From the NCBI RefSeq assembly GCF_029232205.1, contig NZ_CP107255.1:150001-182000 (forward strand): a stretch of 32,000 nt of DNA. The letters run 5' to 3'. This document shows, piece after piece, positions 24,846-32,000 of this stretch. Position numbers and translations under genes: made by a program. How positions within the stretch are numbered: the first letter of the stretch is position 1; every line of letters begins with the position of its first letter. The notes under the pieces are model-generated. The model had not been told where the DNA came from, did not search any database, and saw only the letters and a program-made list of their open reading frames with translations. This stretch comes from Candidatus Saccharimonadota bacterium. Its GTDB lineage: Archaea > Nanohalarchaeota > Nanosalinia > Nanosalinales > Nanosalinaceae.

Positions 24846-27773
24846 ATGTCTCCCGAAAAGAGATTTACAAAAATTATTCTGGCAGGCCTTCTCACTCTAG
24901 CTTTTGTCAGTGCTACAGCTGCTGAAATCAGCACGGCAGGAGATCAGGAAATAGTATGGAAGAACTCAAACATTCAACCACAGTTAACTGCAACATGTTC
25001 TCTATCTAATGCAACCAGTTCAGAAATTGAGGTAGGCACGTCAGGAGACAATGTTTTTACTGAAAGTTCGGGCCAGATAGATGTTGAATCTTCTGAGCTT
25101 CAAGGGGTCTGGAGCTCGACAAAGTACGTAAACTATACTTGTTCTAACGCAAATGATACTGTTTCAGAGGCCCGCAATCTCAGCTTTGTAAGTTTCTCGC
25201 TAGTGTCTAAGTCGAATGAGAGAAGTGATTATTCTGATTTCAATGGTATAAGTTTCGTAGGCCAGCTGATGAAGGATGAGAAAGGAAGTCTTGGTAACAG
25301 AAGAGGAATCTTTCTCTCCTTTAATGATATAAGTCAGATTGGAGAGGATGAGCAGCTGGAGGGCCTTAAGCAGAGCAGTTACTCTTTCGGAACCAATGGA
25401 AAGCTTGTTAACTCCGATCAGGAGCCAAAAGTTGATTCCAATAATCAATATGTCAAGGTATTTCCTCGTGTCAGGTCATATATTGAATCTGATCAGAGTT
25501 TTAAGGTAAGATTTGATGGTTCTGGTGTTTTTTCAGGCCTTGAGAAGAGAGTACCTGTCGATAGTTTCACTCCCTTTGTTCATGCCTGGAGTTCAAGTGT
25601 TGAGAGAGATCCAGGCCGCAGAATGGGTTTTGACCAGGTCAGGCAGGGAGCTTACGTCTACGAGCTCTTTATGGATTATGAGCCAAGTGATAACTTCCCT
25701 GAGACCGAAATTGATGATGATAACTTTGTACTTGATGTAGAAAAGAAGCAGTCTGACTGGGATTCTGGTTATGAGACTGTAAAATCCGATCTTGAGGTTT
25801 TAACTACTTCTGAGCCTGAATCGGGTTCTGCAAATTACAAGGTAGAGATCCCTCAGGTTGCGGATACAGAGCTTGAAGGCCTTGAAAACGATGATGATCC
25901 TTACAAGTTTGTACTCAAGTACCGTTACGTTGAGGACGGTAGTACTTACTCTTTCAAGGTAGATGAGATGCTGGTAGATAAAACCGATAATCCTTCTAGA
26001 TTTTCAGGCCAGATACTGAATTCTGCTGGAAACGGCGTTCAGACTGATATGACTCTCAGTCCTTCAAATAATGATAATAGATACGTGATTTCTTCAGGGT
26101 CCAATGGCCAGTTCTCCAAGGATCTCTCAACAGATCTCAGTACCTCTTTCGATATTGGTATGGAGTTCTCGGATTCGGGCAGCAGGGTTTCAAGTGTTGA
26201 TCTTTCTGGTGTGCGGTTGGAGGATGCAAATCTTGGTTCTCAGGATATTTCGGCTATTAACTTTGATTACTGGCAGAATCCTCAGGATGTTGCAGGCCTT
26301 GATATCAGTGGTTTAAAGCCTGTTAACATGATGGCTGTCAGGTTTGGTTATGATATTGGAAGTGTTGATTCGATAAGTATGGACTTTGATTCTTCTGAGG
26401 TTGCTCCGAAGAATTTGAAGGTCTACGAATGTGATGCCTGGAATTTCTGGGGCACGAGATGTGAAAGCAATTGGGACAAGGTCGCGGACAACAGCAACAG
26501 CAGTGTTATTTCTTATCCTGAGGTCTGGGCCAATATAGATAATGCAAATCTCTACGGTACCTCCGGTGGAGAGGAGATTTTGAGAAATGCCTATGTTATT
26601 GGAAAGAGCGCGAAGATTACTCTTCAGAACTCGATCAGTGTCGAAAGTTCAAGTGTAAAGTACAACGGCGAGTTCCAGGCCTCTGGAGTTCTTGTCAGCG
26701 ATACAGGTGACAGAGTTTCGGATGCTGACGTTACTGTTTCTCTTGTTAAAGAAGGTGAGACTGTCGAGTCCTGGTCTACCAATTCTGACAGTACCGGTTC
26801 CTTCGAGATTTCGGAGACTGTTGATGATGCTGATGCAGGGAATTATCAGTTGAAGATTGAGGCCTCGAAAAGTCCGTATCAGAGCTTTGAAATGATGAGC
26901 GAGAAAACCATTGAGGTATACTACGAGACAGGTATCAGACTGGAGGCCCCTACCTCGAAAGAAGTTGTTCAGGGCAATAAGACCGAGATTGATATTACTG
27001 TTTCGAATACAGGCCAGCAGCCGGTTGAGAATGTTGATCTTTCGGTCAGCGGTGTGAAAAGTATTTACTACAGCTTTGATTCCAATGTTAACAGCCTTGA
27101 TTCTGGCGAGAGCAGAAGTTTAGGCCTCACGCTTGATCTTCCGGCTGATTACTGTAATCTTCCTTGTGGAAGTCCTCCGCAGCTTGATATCTCTGTTTCA
27201 GGTAGTTCAAATGAGCAGGATGTCTCCGACAGTATTCTGACTTCGATTGTTCTCGTTGAGGGAGATACAGAAAATACTGATTCTTCAGAGACTGAGGATC
27301 AGGATACTTCAACCTCTGATTCCCAGAGTTCGACTGAGGATGAATCAAGTCCTGAGAGCTCTACCTCTCCAATCTCTAATATGCAGGATATGACTGGAGA
27401 CTTTGTCCAGAAGCAGGGCGAATTGAATATTGCTCTTGGATTAATCTTCATCTTCACCATGATGCTGGCACTCTCAGTCAAGAAAAAGAAGGGTTCTGGA
27501 GATGACAGGAGAAGAGGTGGAAGTGGTAGAGGCGGTGGAAGGCCTCCGGTTCAGAGACCTCCTATTAATTCCTCTCAACAGGATCAGGAAGAAAATGAGG
27601 GTGATGAGTTAGAAGAATCTGAAGAAGATTCCGAAGACGAGGGAGAGGCCGAAGAGGATGAGTCAACTGCTGAAGATAGTGATGAGGAGGAAGAAGGTTT
27701 TGAGTGTAGTGTGTGTGGTGAAAGTTTTGAGTCGGAGTCTGGCCGTGATCTTCACGAGCAGGCCGTACATTAG
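24846..27773 (+). CDS. Large surface protein with a single-pass anchor and a cytoplasmic RGG-acidic-C2H2 zinc-finger tail
   Basis: Signal peptide KIILAGLLTLAFVSATAAEIS and about 870 aa outside. These include a carboxypeptidase-regulatory-like segment (DADVTVSLVKEGETVESWSTNSDSTGSFEI) and a CARDB/NEW3-like segment (KTEIDITVSNTGQQPVENVDLSVSG). An S/T/D/E linker follows, then the TM LNIALGLIFIFTMMLALSV. The tail is KKKKGSGDDRRRGGSGRGGGRPP, then an acidic run, then FECSVCGESFESESGRDLHEQAVH. Confidence 0.7.
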   Translation: MSPEKRFTKIILAGLLTLAFVSATAAEISTAGDQEIVWKNSNIQPQLTATCSLSNATSSEIEVGTSGDNVFTESSGQIDVESSELQGVWSSTKYVNYTCSNANDTVSEARNLSFVSFSLVSKSNERSDYSDFNGISFVGQLMKDEKGSLGNRRGIFLSFNDISQIGEDEQLEGLKQSSYSFGTNGKLVNSDQEPKVDSNNQYVKVFPRVRSYIESDQSFKVRFDGSGVFSGLEKRVPVDSFTPFVHAWSSSVERDPGRRMGFDQVRQGAYVYELFMDYEPSDNFPETEIDDDNFVLDVEKKQSDWDSGYETVKSDLEVLTTSEPESGSANYKVEIPQVADTELEGLENDDDPYKFVLKYRYVEDGSTYSFKVDEMLVDKTDNPSRFSGQILNSAGNGVQTDMTLSPSNNDNRYVISSGSNGQFSKDLSTDLSTSFDIGMEFSDSGSRVSSVDLSGVRLEDANLGSQDISAINFDYWQNPQDVAGLDISGLKPVNMMAVRFGYDIGSVDSISMDFDSSEVAPKNLKVYECDAWNFWGTRCESNWDKVADNSNSSVISYPEVWANIDNANLYGTSGGEEILRNAYVIGKSAKITLQNSISVESSSVKYNGEFQASGVLVSDTGDRVSDADVTVSLVKEGETVESWSTNSDSTGSFEISETVDDADAGNYQLKIEASKSPYQSFEMMSEKTIEVYYETGIRLEAPTSKEVVQGNKTEIDITVSNTGQQPVENVDLSVSGVKSIYYSFDSNVNSLDSGESRSLGLTLDLPADYCNLPCGSPPQLDISVSGSSNEQDVSDSILTSIVLVEGDTENTDSSETEDQDTSTSDSQSSTEDESSPESSTSPISNMQDMTGDFVQKQGELNIALGLIFIFTMMLALSVKKKKGSGDDRRRGGSGRGGGRPPVQRPPINSSQQDQEENEGDELEESEEDSEDEGEAEEDESTAEDSDEEEEGFECSVCGESFESESGRDLHEQAVH

Positions 27774-27799
27774 CTGGTTTTAGAAGATAAAAATTCTCT

Positions 27800-28579
27800 T
27801 TAATTTAGGTTTCCTGATAGGTTGCCAAGTTTTCTCTTCAGTTTGGCGAATCTGGGCCTCTGGTATTCGTGGCCTCCTACTGATGCTGCGAGTTCTTTTA
27901 TTTCGAGTGCGGCTTCTGCGAGTGGTTCGTGTTTGACTAGTGGTTCGCTTTCGAAGAGGCTTTTTCTCATTGTGTGGTCGTGTGGTATCTGGTGGAGGAT
28001 GTGTGATTCTGTCATCATTTCTATTTCTCTGTCGATGAGTTCGATTTCTGGGTCTCCGGATACTTTGTTGACTACGGTGCCAAGTACTGGTTGTCTGAGT
28101 TCTTTGGCTTTTTCGATTATCTGTGCTGCGTTTACGCCTGATGTCTGTGTTGGCATTGTGACTATCATTAGTTCGTCGACTGACATCATGATGTTTTCTA
28201 CTGTTGAGTTCAGGCCTGGAGGGCAGTCTACAAGTACATAGTCTGATTGTTCTGCTGCTGTTTCCAGTACCTCTCTCAGGTTTGAGATGTCGGGTTCGAC
28301 GAAGTCTATTTCGTTGGATGATACGATTCCTTTGATGCCTGTTGGGTGTCTGAATATTGCTGATTCTGGTTCGGCATCTCCCTGTAGAACTTCCTGTATT
28401 TTGACAGGGTGGTCGTATCGGCCCAAGTATACTCCCAGGTTAGAAGCTGCGAAGTCAGCGTCGACTATAGTTACTTCGTTGCCGAAGTCGCTTAGGGATA
28501 CTCCCAGGTTTACTGTTAGGCTGGTCTTTCCTACTCCACCTTTTCCTGAAATAAGGCCTATTATCCTGCCTTTAGACAT
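27800..28579 (-). CDS. minD: MinD/ParA-family P-loop ATPase (archaeal MinD-like)
   Basis: Deviant Walker A IGLISGKGGVGKTSLTVNLG. Also IVDADFAASNL and YVLVDCPPGL. The basic C-terminal tail is RPRFAKLKRKLGNLSGNL. Confidence 0.85.
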   Translation of the reverse strand: MSKGRIIGLISGKGGVGKTSLTVNLGVSLSDFGNEVTIVDADFAASNLGVYLGRYDHPVKIQEVLQGDAEPESAIFRHPTGIKGIVSSNEIDFVEPDISNLREVLETAAEQSDYVLVDCPPGLNSTVENIMMSVDELMIVTMPTQTSGVNAAQIIEKAKELRQPVLGTVVNKVSGDPEIELIDREIEMMTESHILHQIPHDHTMRKSLFESEPLVKHEPLAEAALEIKELAASVGGHEYQRPRFAKLKRKLGNLSGNLN

Positions 28580-28603
28580 CTAATTAGAGTTTCTTCTCTC
28601 AGG

Positions 28604-28612
28604 TTAATAAAT
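28604..28612 (-). promoter_or_regulatory. TATA-like box for the minD-like gene
   Basis: The minus strand reads ATTTATTAA, centred about 29 nt upstream of the ATG at 28579. Confidence 0.3.
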
Positions 28613-28692
28613 CTAGGTGCGGAAAGCCCGAGGAAAATTTCTCAAGGTGTTACTCCGTAGACTTTAAAACTTTTTACTAACAAGGAGTAGTT

Positions 28693-29112
28693 ATGAATAA
28701 GTTTTGGGTTATTACGGGGGGAGTTCTGGTTGTTGCTCTGGCGTTTTTAGCGCTTGAGATGCCAGGAAACAATACAATAAACTTTACTGATCTGGAGACG
28801 GAGTGCAGATATGATAGAAGCACTGCTTTTGATATAAGTTTGAAGCCAGGCAACAGACTGTCCTTTGAAGGACATTTCCCTGTCAATAATACTGAGTCAG
28901 ATCTTTCTTACCGTTACAGGAGAAGCGGAGATACTATCAGACTGAATATTGTCGCTGATGAAGATGACAACGTTCCTGAGAGCTTCTACAACAACTGTCT
29001 TGCTACAGTTGTCTACGATGCTCAGACATCAAGTATTCCAGAAGGCCGTTACGATGTGATTCTGGTTCACGACGGTGAGGAAGTTGAACATCAGGTAATT
29101 GGAATAAAGTAA
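28693..29112 (+). CDS. Small N-terminally anchored extracytoplasmic protein
   Basis: SD-like GGAG lies 6 nt upstream of the ATG. TM FWVITGGVLVVALAFLAL, then a 110-aa domain with 2 Cys. No family recognised. Confidence 0.5.
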   Translation: MNKFWVITGGVLVVALAFLALEMPGNNTINFTDLETECRYDRSTAFDISLKPGNRLSFEGHFPVNNTESDLSYRYRRSGDTIRLNIVADEDDNVPESFYNNCLATVVYDAQTSSIPEGRYDVILVHDGEEVEHQVIGIK

Positions 29113-29139
29113 GAAAAAAGAAGGTTATGAGGAGATAGG

Positions 29140-31653
29140 TTATCTCAGGGAGTATTTTTTCCCGTCATCGTCTTCCTCTACTTCTATTTTGCCTTCTTTT
29201 GCCAGCCATCCGAGAGCTTGGTTTAGCTTGTTGGAGTTGACTCCTGATGCTGTTTCCAGTATCTTGTTGGCTGTTGCTGTTCCTTGCTGGTTGAGTGTGT
29301 CGTAGATCTGGCCTGCGGTACTTCCTATGTCGGCCTCTACATCTACCTCTACTTCTACGCTGCTTCTTTCGTCCTGATTTTCCTCGATCTCTGCTACTTT
29401 CATGATTGTTTCGAGGGCCACGTCTGGTGACACTGAGATGGCGTCGATTCCTGCGTCTACAAGGAATTCTGCGTATTCGTCGTGGGTGGATGGTGCGTCT
29501 CCACAGATTCCTACGTGCCTGTCTTTTCTGTGGGCCTTGTTGATCAAGGTTCTTACTGATTTCTTGACGGCTTCATCTCTTTCGTCGAATACGTGTTTCA
29601 GTTTGTCGCTGTTTCGATCGACTCCAAGTGTGAGCTGTGTGAGGTCGTTCGTACCTACTGAGAATCCTTCGAACATCTCTGAAAACTCCTCAGCACGCAA
29701 GATGTTGGCTGGTATCTCAGCCATGACGTATACCTCTATGTCTCCCTTGTCTAGGCCATACTCTTTCATCTTTGCCCTGACTTTTCTGGCTTCTTCCATG
29801 GTTCTGCAGAAAGGTACCATGACTGTCAGATTGTCAAGGCCTAGTTCGTCGACGCATTTGCGCAGTGCCTTGCATTCGAGTTCGAAGGCCTTTGTGAATT
29901 CTTCGTCGTAGTAGCGGGATGCTCCTCTGAATCCGAGCATTGGGTTGGCTTCGTCTGGCTCGTATTTTTCTCCTCCTTCAAGCTGTGCGTATTCGTCGGA
30001 TTTGAAGTCGGATAGTCTGACTACTACCTGGTCTGGGTAGAATGCTGCCGCGATTTTTCCAATTCCGGATCTGAGGGCCTCTACGTATTCGTCTCCTCTG
30101 TCCTGTTCGATGAGGTGGAGAGGGTGTTCTCCTACGTGGCTGGAAATGATGAATTCTTCTCTTGCTAGGCCTACTCCGTCGACTGGTAGCTGTGCGAGGT
30201 TGAAGACCTCTGATGGTTCTCCGATGTTGATCTGTACATCGGTTTCTGTTTCCGGTATTTCGTCTAGGTGGTGTTCTTCGATGTCGAAGTCGAGTTCTCC
30301 TTCCCAGATTTTTCCTGTTGAGCTGCTGCCGTCTACTGTTACGTCCTGTCCATCGTGGAGGCTGGATGTCGCTGTTTCTGTTCCGATTACTGCTGGTACT
30401 CCGAGTTCTCTGGATACGATTGCTGCGTGGCTTGTTCGGCCTCCTTTGTTGGTGATGATTGCTCCGGCCTTCTTCATGATTGGCTCCCAGTCTGGGTCAG
30501 TCATGTCTGTTACGAGGACTTCTCCTTCCTCGAACTGGTCGATCTGTTTCGGACTGTCGAGGACGTGGGCCTCTCCGGATCCGATTTTTGATCCGATGGC
30601 TGATCCTTCGAGAAGTACTTCAGATTCTTCTCTGAGTTTGTAGTCTTTGATTACGTTTTCGTCTTTTTCGGACTGTACGGTTTCTGGCCGGGCCTGTACG
30701 ATGTAGAGTTCTTTGGTTTGGCCGTCTAGAACCCATTCGATGTCCATTGGTTTTCCGTAGTGTTCTTCGATTTTCAGGCCATATTTTGCGAGTTCCTTGA
30801 CCTGGTTGTCGGTTACGCAGAATTTTTCTCTTTCGTCCTGTGGTACTTTGACTCTTTCGTTGTCTTTTCCTTCTTCTTCGCTTCTTACGAGTTTGATTTC
30901 TTTGTCGCCGACTTTTCGTTCAAGTATTCCAAGGTTTCTTTTCAGTACTGTGAATTCGTCCGGGTTTACTTCGCCTGCGACGACGAGGTCTCCTAGGCCG
31001 TATGCTGCGTTGATTGTGACTACATCTTCGAATCCGCTGTCTGGATCCATGGTGAACATGACTCCTGCGCTTCCTGTGTCGGAGCGGCCCATTTTCTGGA
31101 CTACTGCGGAAAGTTTGACGTCGAAGTGGCTGAATCCTTTGTCTTCACGGTATGAGATTGCTCTGTTTGTGAATAGGGATGCGAAGCAGGCCTTGATTTT
31201 CTGAATTAGTTCTTTTTCTCCTGATACGTTGAGGTATGTGTCTTGCTGGCCTGCGAAGCTTGCTCCTGGCAGGTCTTCTGCTGTTGCGGAGGAACGTACT
31301 GCTACTTTTGGTTCGTCGACTCCCAGTTTTTCTTCGAGTTCTCTGTATGATTTTACAAAGCTTTTTCTGAGGTCTTCGGGCATGTCTGCGTCTTGGATGT
31401 GGCCTCTGATTTTTTCTCCTCTCTTCTGTATATTGTTTACGTCGTCGACGTCTAGGTCTGAGAGAAGGTTTTCGATTGTGCTTTTGAGGCCGGTTTCCTT
31501 CATGAATTGTTCGTAGGCGTCCGCTGTTGTAGCGAATCCTGGTAGTACAGGTACGTCTACTTCGTTTTGAAGTTCTCCGAGGTTAGCGCTTTTACCTCCC
31601 ACGCGGGAAGTATCGTCTGCTGTAATGTTTTCGAACCAGAGTACGTTCGGCAT
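29140..31653 (-). CDS. ppsA: Phosphoenolpyruvate synthase with a C-terminal winged-helix extension of about 79 aa
   Basis: N-terminus VLWFENITADDTSRVGGKSANLGEL. Phosphohistidine motif GGRTSHAAIVSRELGVPAV. PEP-utilizer barrel motifs SVGTNDLTQLTLG and HVGICGDAPS. The extra C-terminal segment is IGSTAGQIYDTLNQQGTATANKILETASGVNSNKLNQALGWLAKEGKIEVEEDDDGKKYSL. Confidence 0.9.
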   Translation of the reverse strand: MPNVLWFENITADDTSRVGGKSANLGELQNEVDVPVLPGFATTADAYEQFMKETGLKSTIENLLSDLDVDDVNNIQKRGEKIRGHIQDADMPEDLRKSFVKSYRELEEKLGVDEPKVAVRSSATAEDLPGASFAGQQDTYLNVSGEKELIQKIKACFASLFTNRAISYREDKGFSHFDVKLSAVVQKMGRSDTGSAGVMFTMDPDSGFEDVVTINAAYGLGDLVVAGEVNPDEFTVLKRNLGILERKVGDKEIKLVRSEEEGKDNERVKVPQDEREKFCVTDNQVKELAKYGLKIEEHYGKPMDIEWVLDGQTKELYIVQARPETVQSEKDENVIKDYKLREESEVLLEGSAIGSKIGSGEAHVLDSPKQIDQFEEGEVLVTDMTDPDWEPIMKKAGAIITNKGGRTSHAAIVSRELGVPAVIGTETATSSLHDGQDVTVDGSSSTGKIWEGELDFDIEEHHLDEIPETETDVQINIGEPSEVFNLAQLPVDGVGLAREEFIISSHVGEHPLHLIEQDRGDEYVEALRSGIGKIAAAFYPDQVVVRLSDFKSDEYAQLEGGEKYEPDEANPMLGFRGASRYYDEEFTKAFELECKALRKCVDELGLDNLTVMVPFCRTMEEARKVRAKMKEYGLDKGDIEVYVMAEIPANILRAEEFSEMFEGFSVGTNDLTQLTLGVDRNSDKLKHVFDERDEAVKKSVRTLINKAHRKDRHVGICGDAPSTHDEYAEFLVDAGIDAISVSPDVALETIMKVAEIEENQDERSSVEVEVDVEADIGSTAGQIYDTLNQQGTATANKILETASGVNSNKLNQALGWLAKEGKIEVEEDDDGKKYSLR

Positions 31654-31755
31654 AATATTTTAGAATGGAAAAGCCCTGAATTTAAAGAGAGCGTTATGAT
31701 TCAAGGGTAAAAAAGATCTGCAGAAAAGTTTTTCTGTTTCGTCAGGCCCTGAAAG

Positions 31756-32000
31756 CTATTTTTCGACAAGTACGCGGTCGATTCTTCCTACTTCTGGTCC
31801 TGAGGTGTCCTGGCCTGTGACTACTGCGTTGTCGTTCGTGAGGATTCCTGCTCCTACGAAAGGTGATCCTGTGTTTACTGTTCCAATATCTGCGTGTTCT
31901 ACGTCCAGTACTTCTTTTACCTTTTCAGCTGTTTCTTCTGAGGTATCTCTGTGCAGTAGGACTCCTCTGCTGTTTGCTGCTCCGCATGAGCCAGGGTTCG
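31756..32000 (-). CDS. eif6: Translation initiation factor 6 (aIF6), 3' portion only
   Basis: Not in the ORF track because it has no start in the window. The minus-strand translation from the window edge is NPGSCGAANSRGVLLHRDTSEETAEKVKEVLDVEHADIGTVNTGSPFVGAGILTNDNAVVTGQDTSGPEVGRIDRVLVEK followed by TAG. This is the repeated eIF6 subdomain pattern. Confidence 0.8.
   Translation of the reverse strand, partial: NPGSCGAANSRGVLLHRDTSEETAEKVKEVLDVEHADIGTVNTGSPFVGAGILTNDNAVVTGQDTSGPEVGRIDRVLVEK

Noticed and set aside
11703-27773. PGF-CTERM/archaeosortase or LPXTG-type sorting signals on the surface proteins
   Set aside because: The C-termini are plain hydrophobic helices followed by short or long cytoplasmic tails. 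I saw no PGF or LPXTG tripartite motif.
1-32000. CRISPR arrays, cas genes, transposases, reverse transcriptase/DGR components, toxin-antitoxin pairs
   Set aside because: Apart from the low-complexity coding repeats, I saw no regularly spaced direct repeats. None of the ORF translations carries the corresponding catalytic motifs.

Overview
All calls come from reading the ORF translations and the DNA by eye; no database or HMM search was possible.

Lineage: this is an archaeal chromosome segment. It carries archaeal-type markers (Pth2, aIF6, archaeal PheRS-beta, TruD), a tRNA without encoded CCA, and A/T-rich TATA-like boxes about 27 nt upstream of many start codons, which suggests leaderless mRNAs. 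Spot sampling gives roughly 45% GC. Almost every predicted protein is strongly acidic, and genes are short and tightly packed, often with overlapping stop and start codons. My inference is a salt-in halophile with a small genome, such as Nanohaloarchaeota or another DPANN lineage.

Gene content:
- Housekeeping genes sit at both ends: pheT, pspC-like, dcd, ndk, a HerA-like ATPase, tRNA-Val, pth2 and truD on the left; minD-like, ppsA and aIF6 on the right.
- The centre (about 7.1-27.8 kb) is an envelope region.
  - It begins with a GT-C glycosyltransferase, a thioredoxin-like CxxC protein, Cys-rich small proteins and a membrane-tethered wHTH protein.
  - Two clusters of signal-peptide, beta-sandwich, C-terminally anchored proteins with many N-glycosylation sequons follow (10872-16462 and 21018-27773).
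  - These clusters bracket a MoxR-DUF58-VWA operon that ends in a hyper-acidic 520-aa protein.
- I saw no CRISPR array, transposase, integrase or rRNA.

Observations most worth follow-up:
1. The palindrome AGGCCT and its GGCC core are strongly over-represented in all codon phases and in intergenic DNA.
2. A 1.5-kb stretch almost free of GGCC coincides with a secreted-protein gene that has a full Shine-Dalgarno site and probably a long leader.
3. The envelope clusters are uncharacterised, and one surface protein has a cytoplasmic RGG-acidic tail ending in a C2H2 zinc finger.
4. PEP synthase carries a C-terminal winged-helix fusion.
5. A HerA-like ATPase has no NurA partner and carries a long C-terminal extension.
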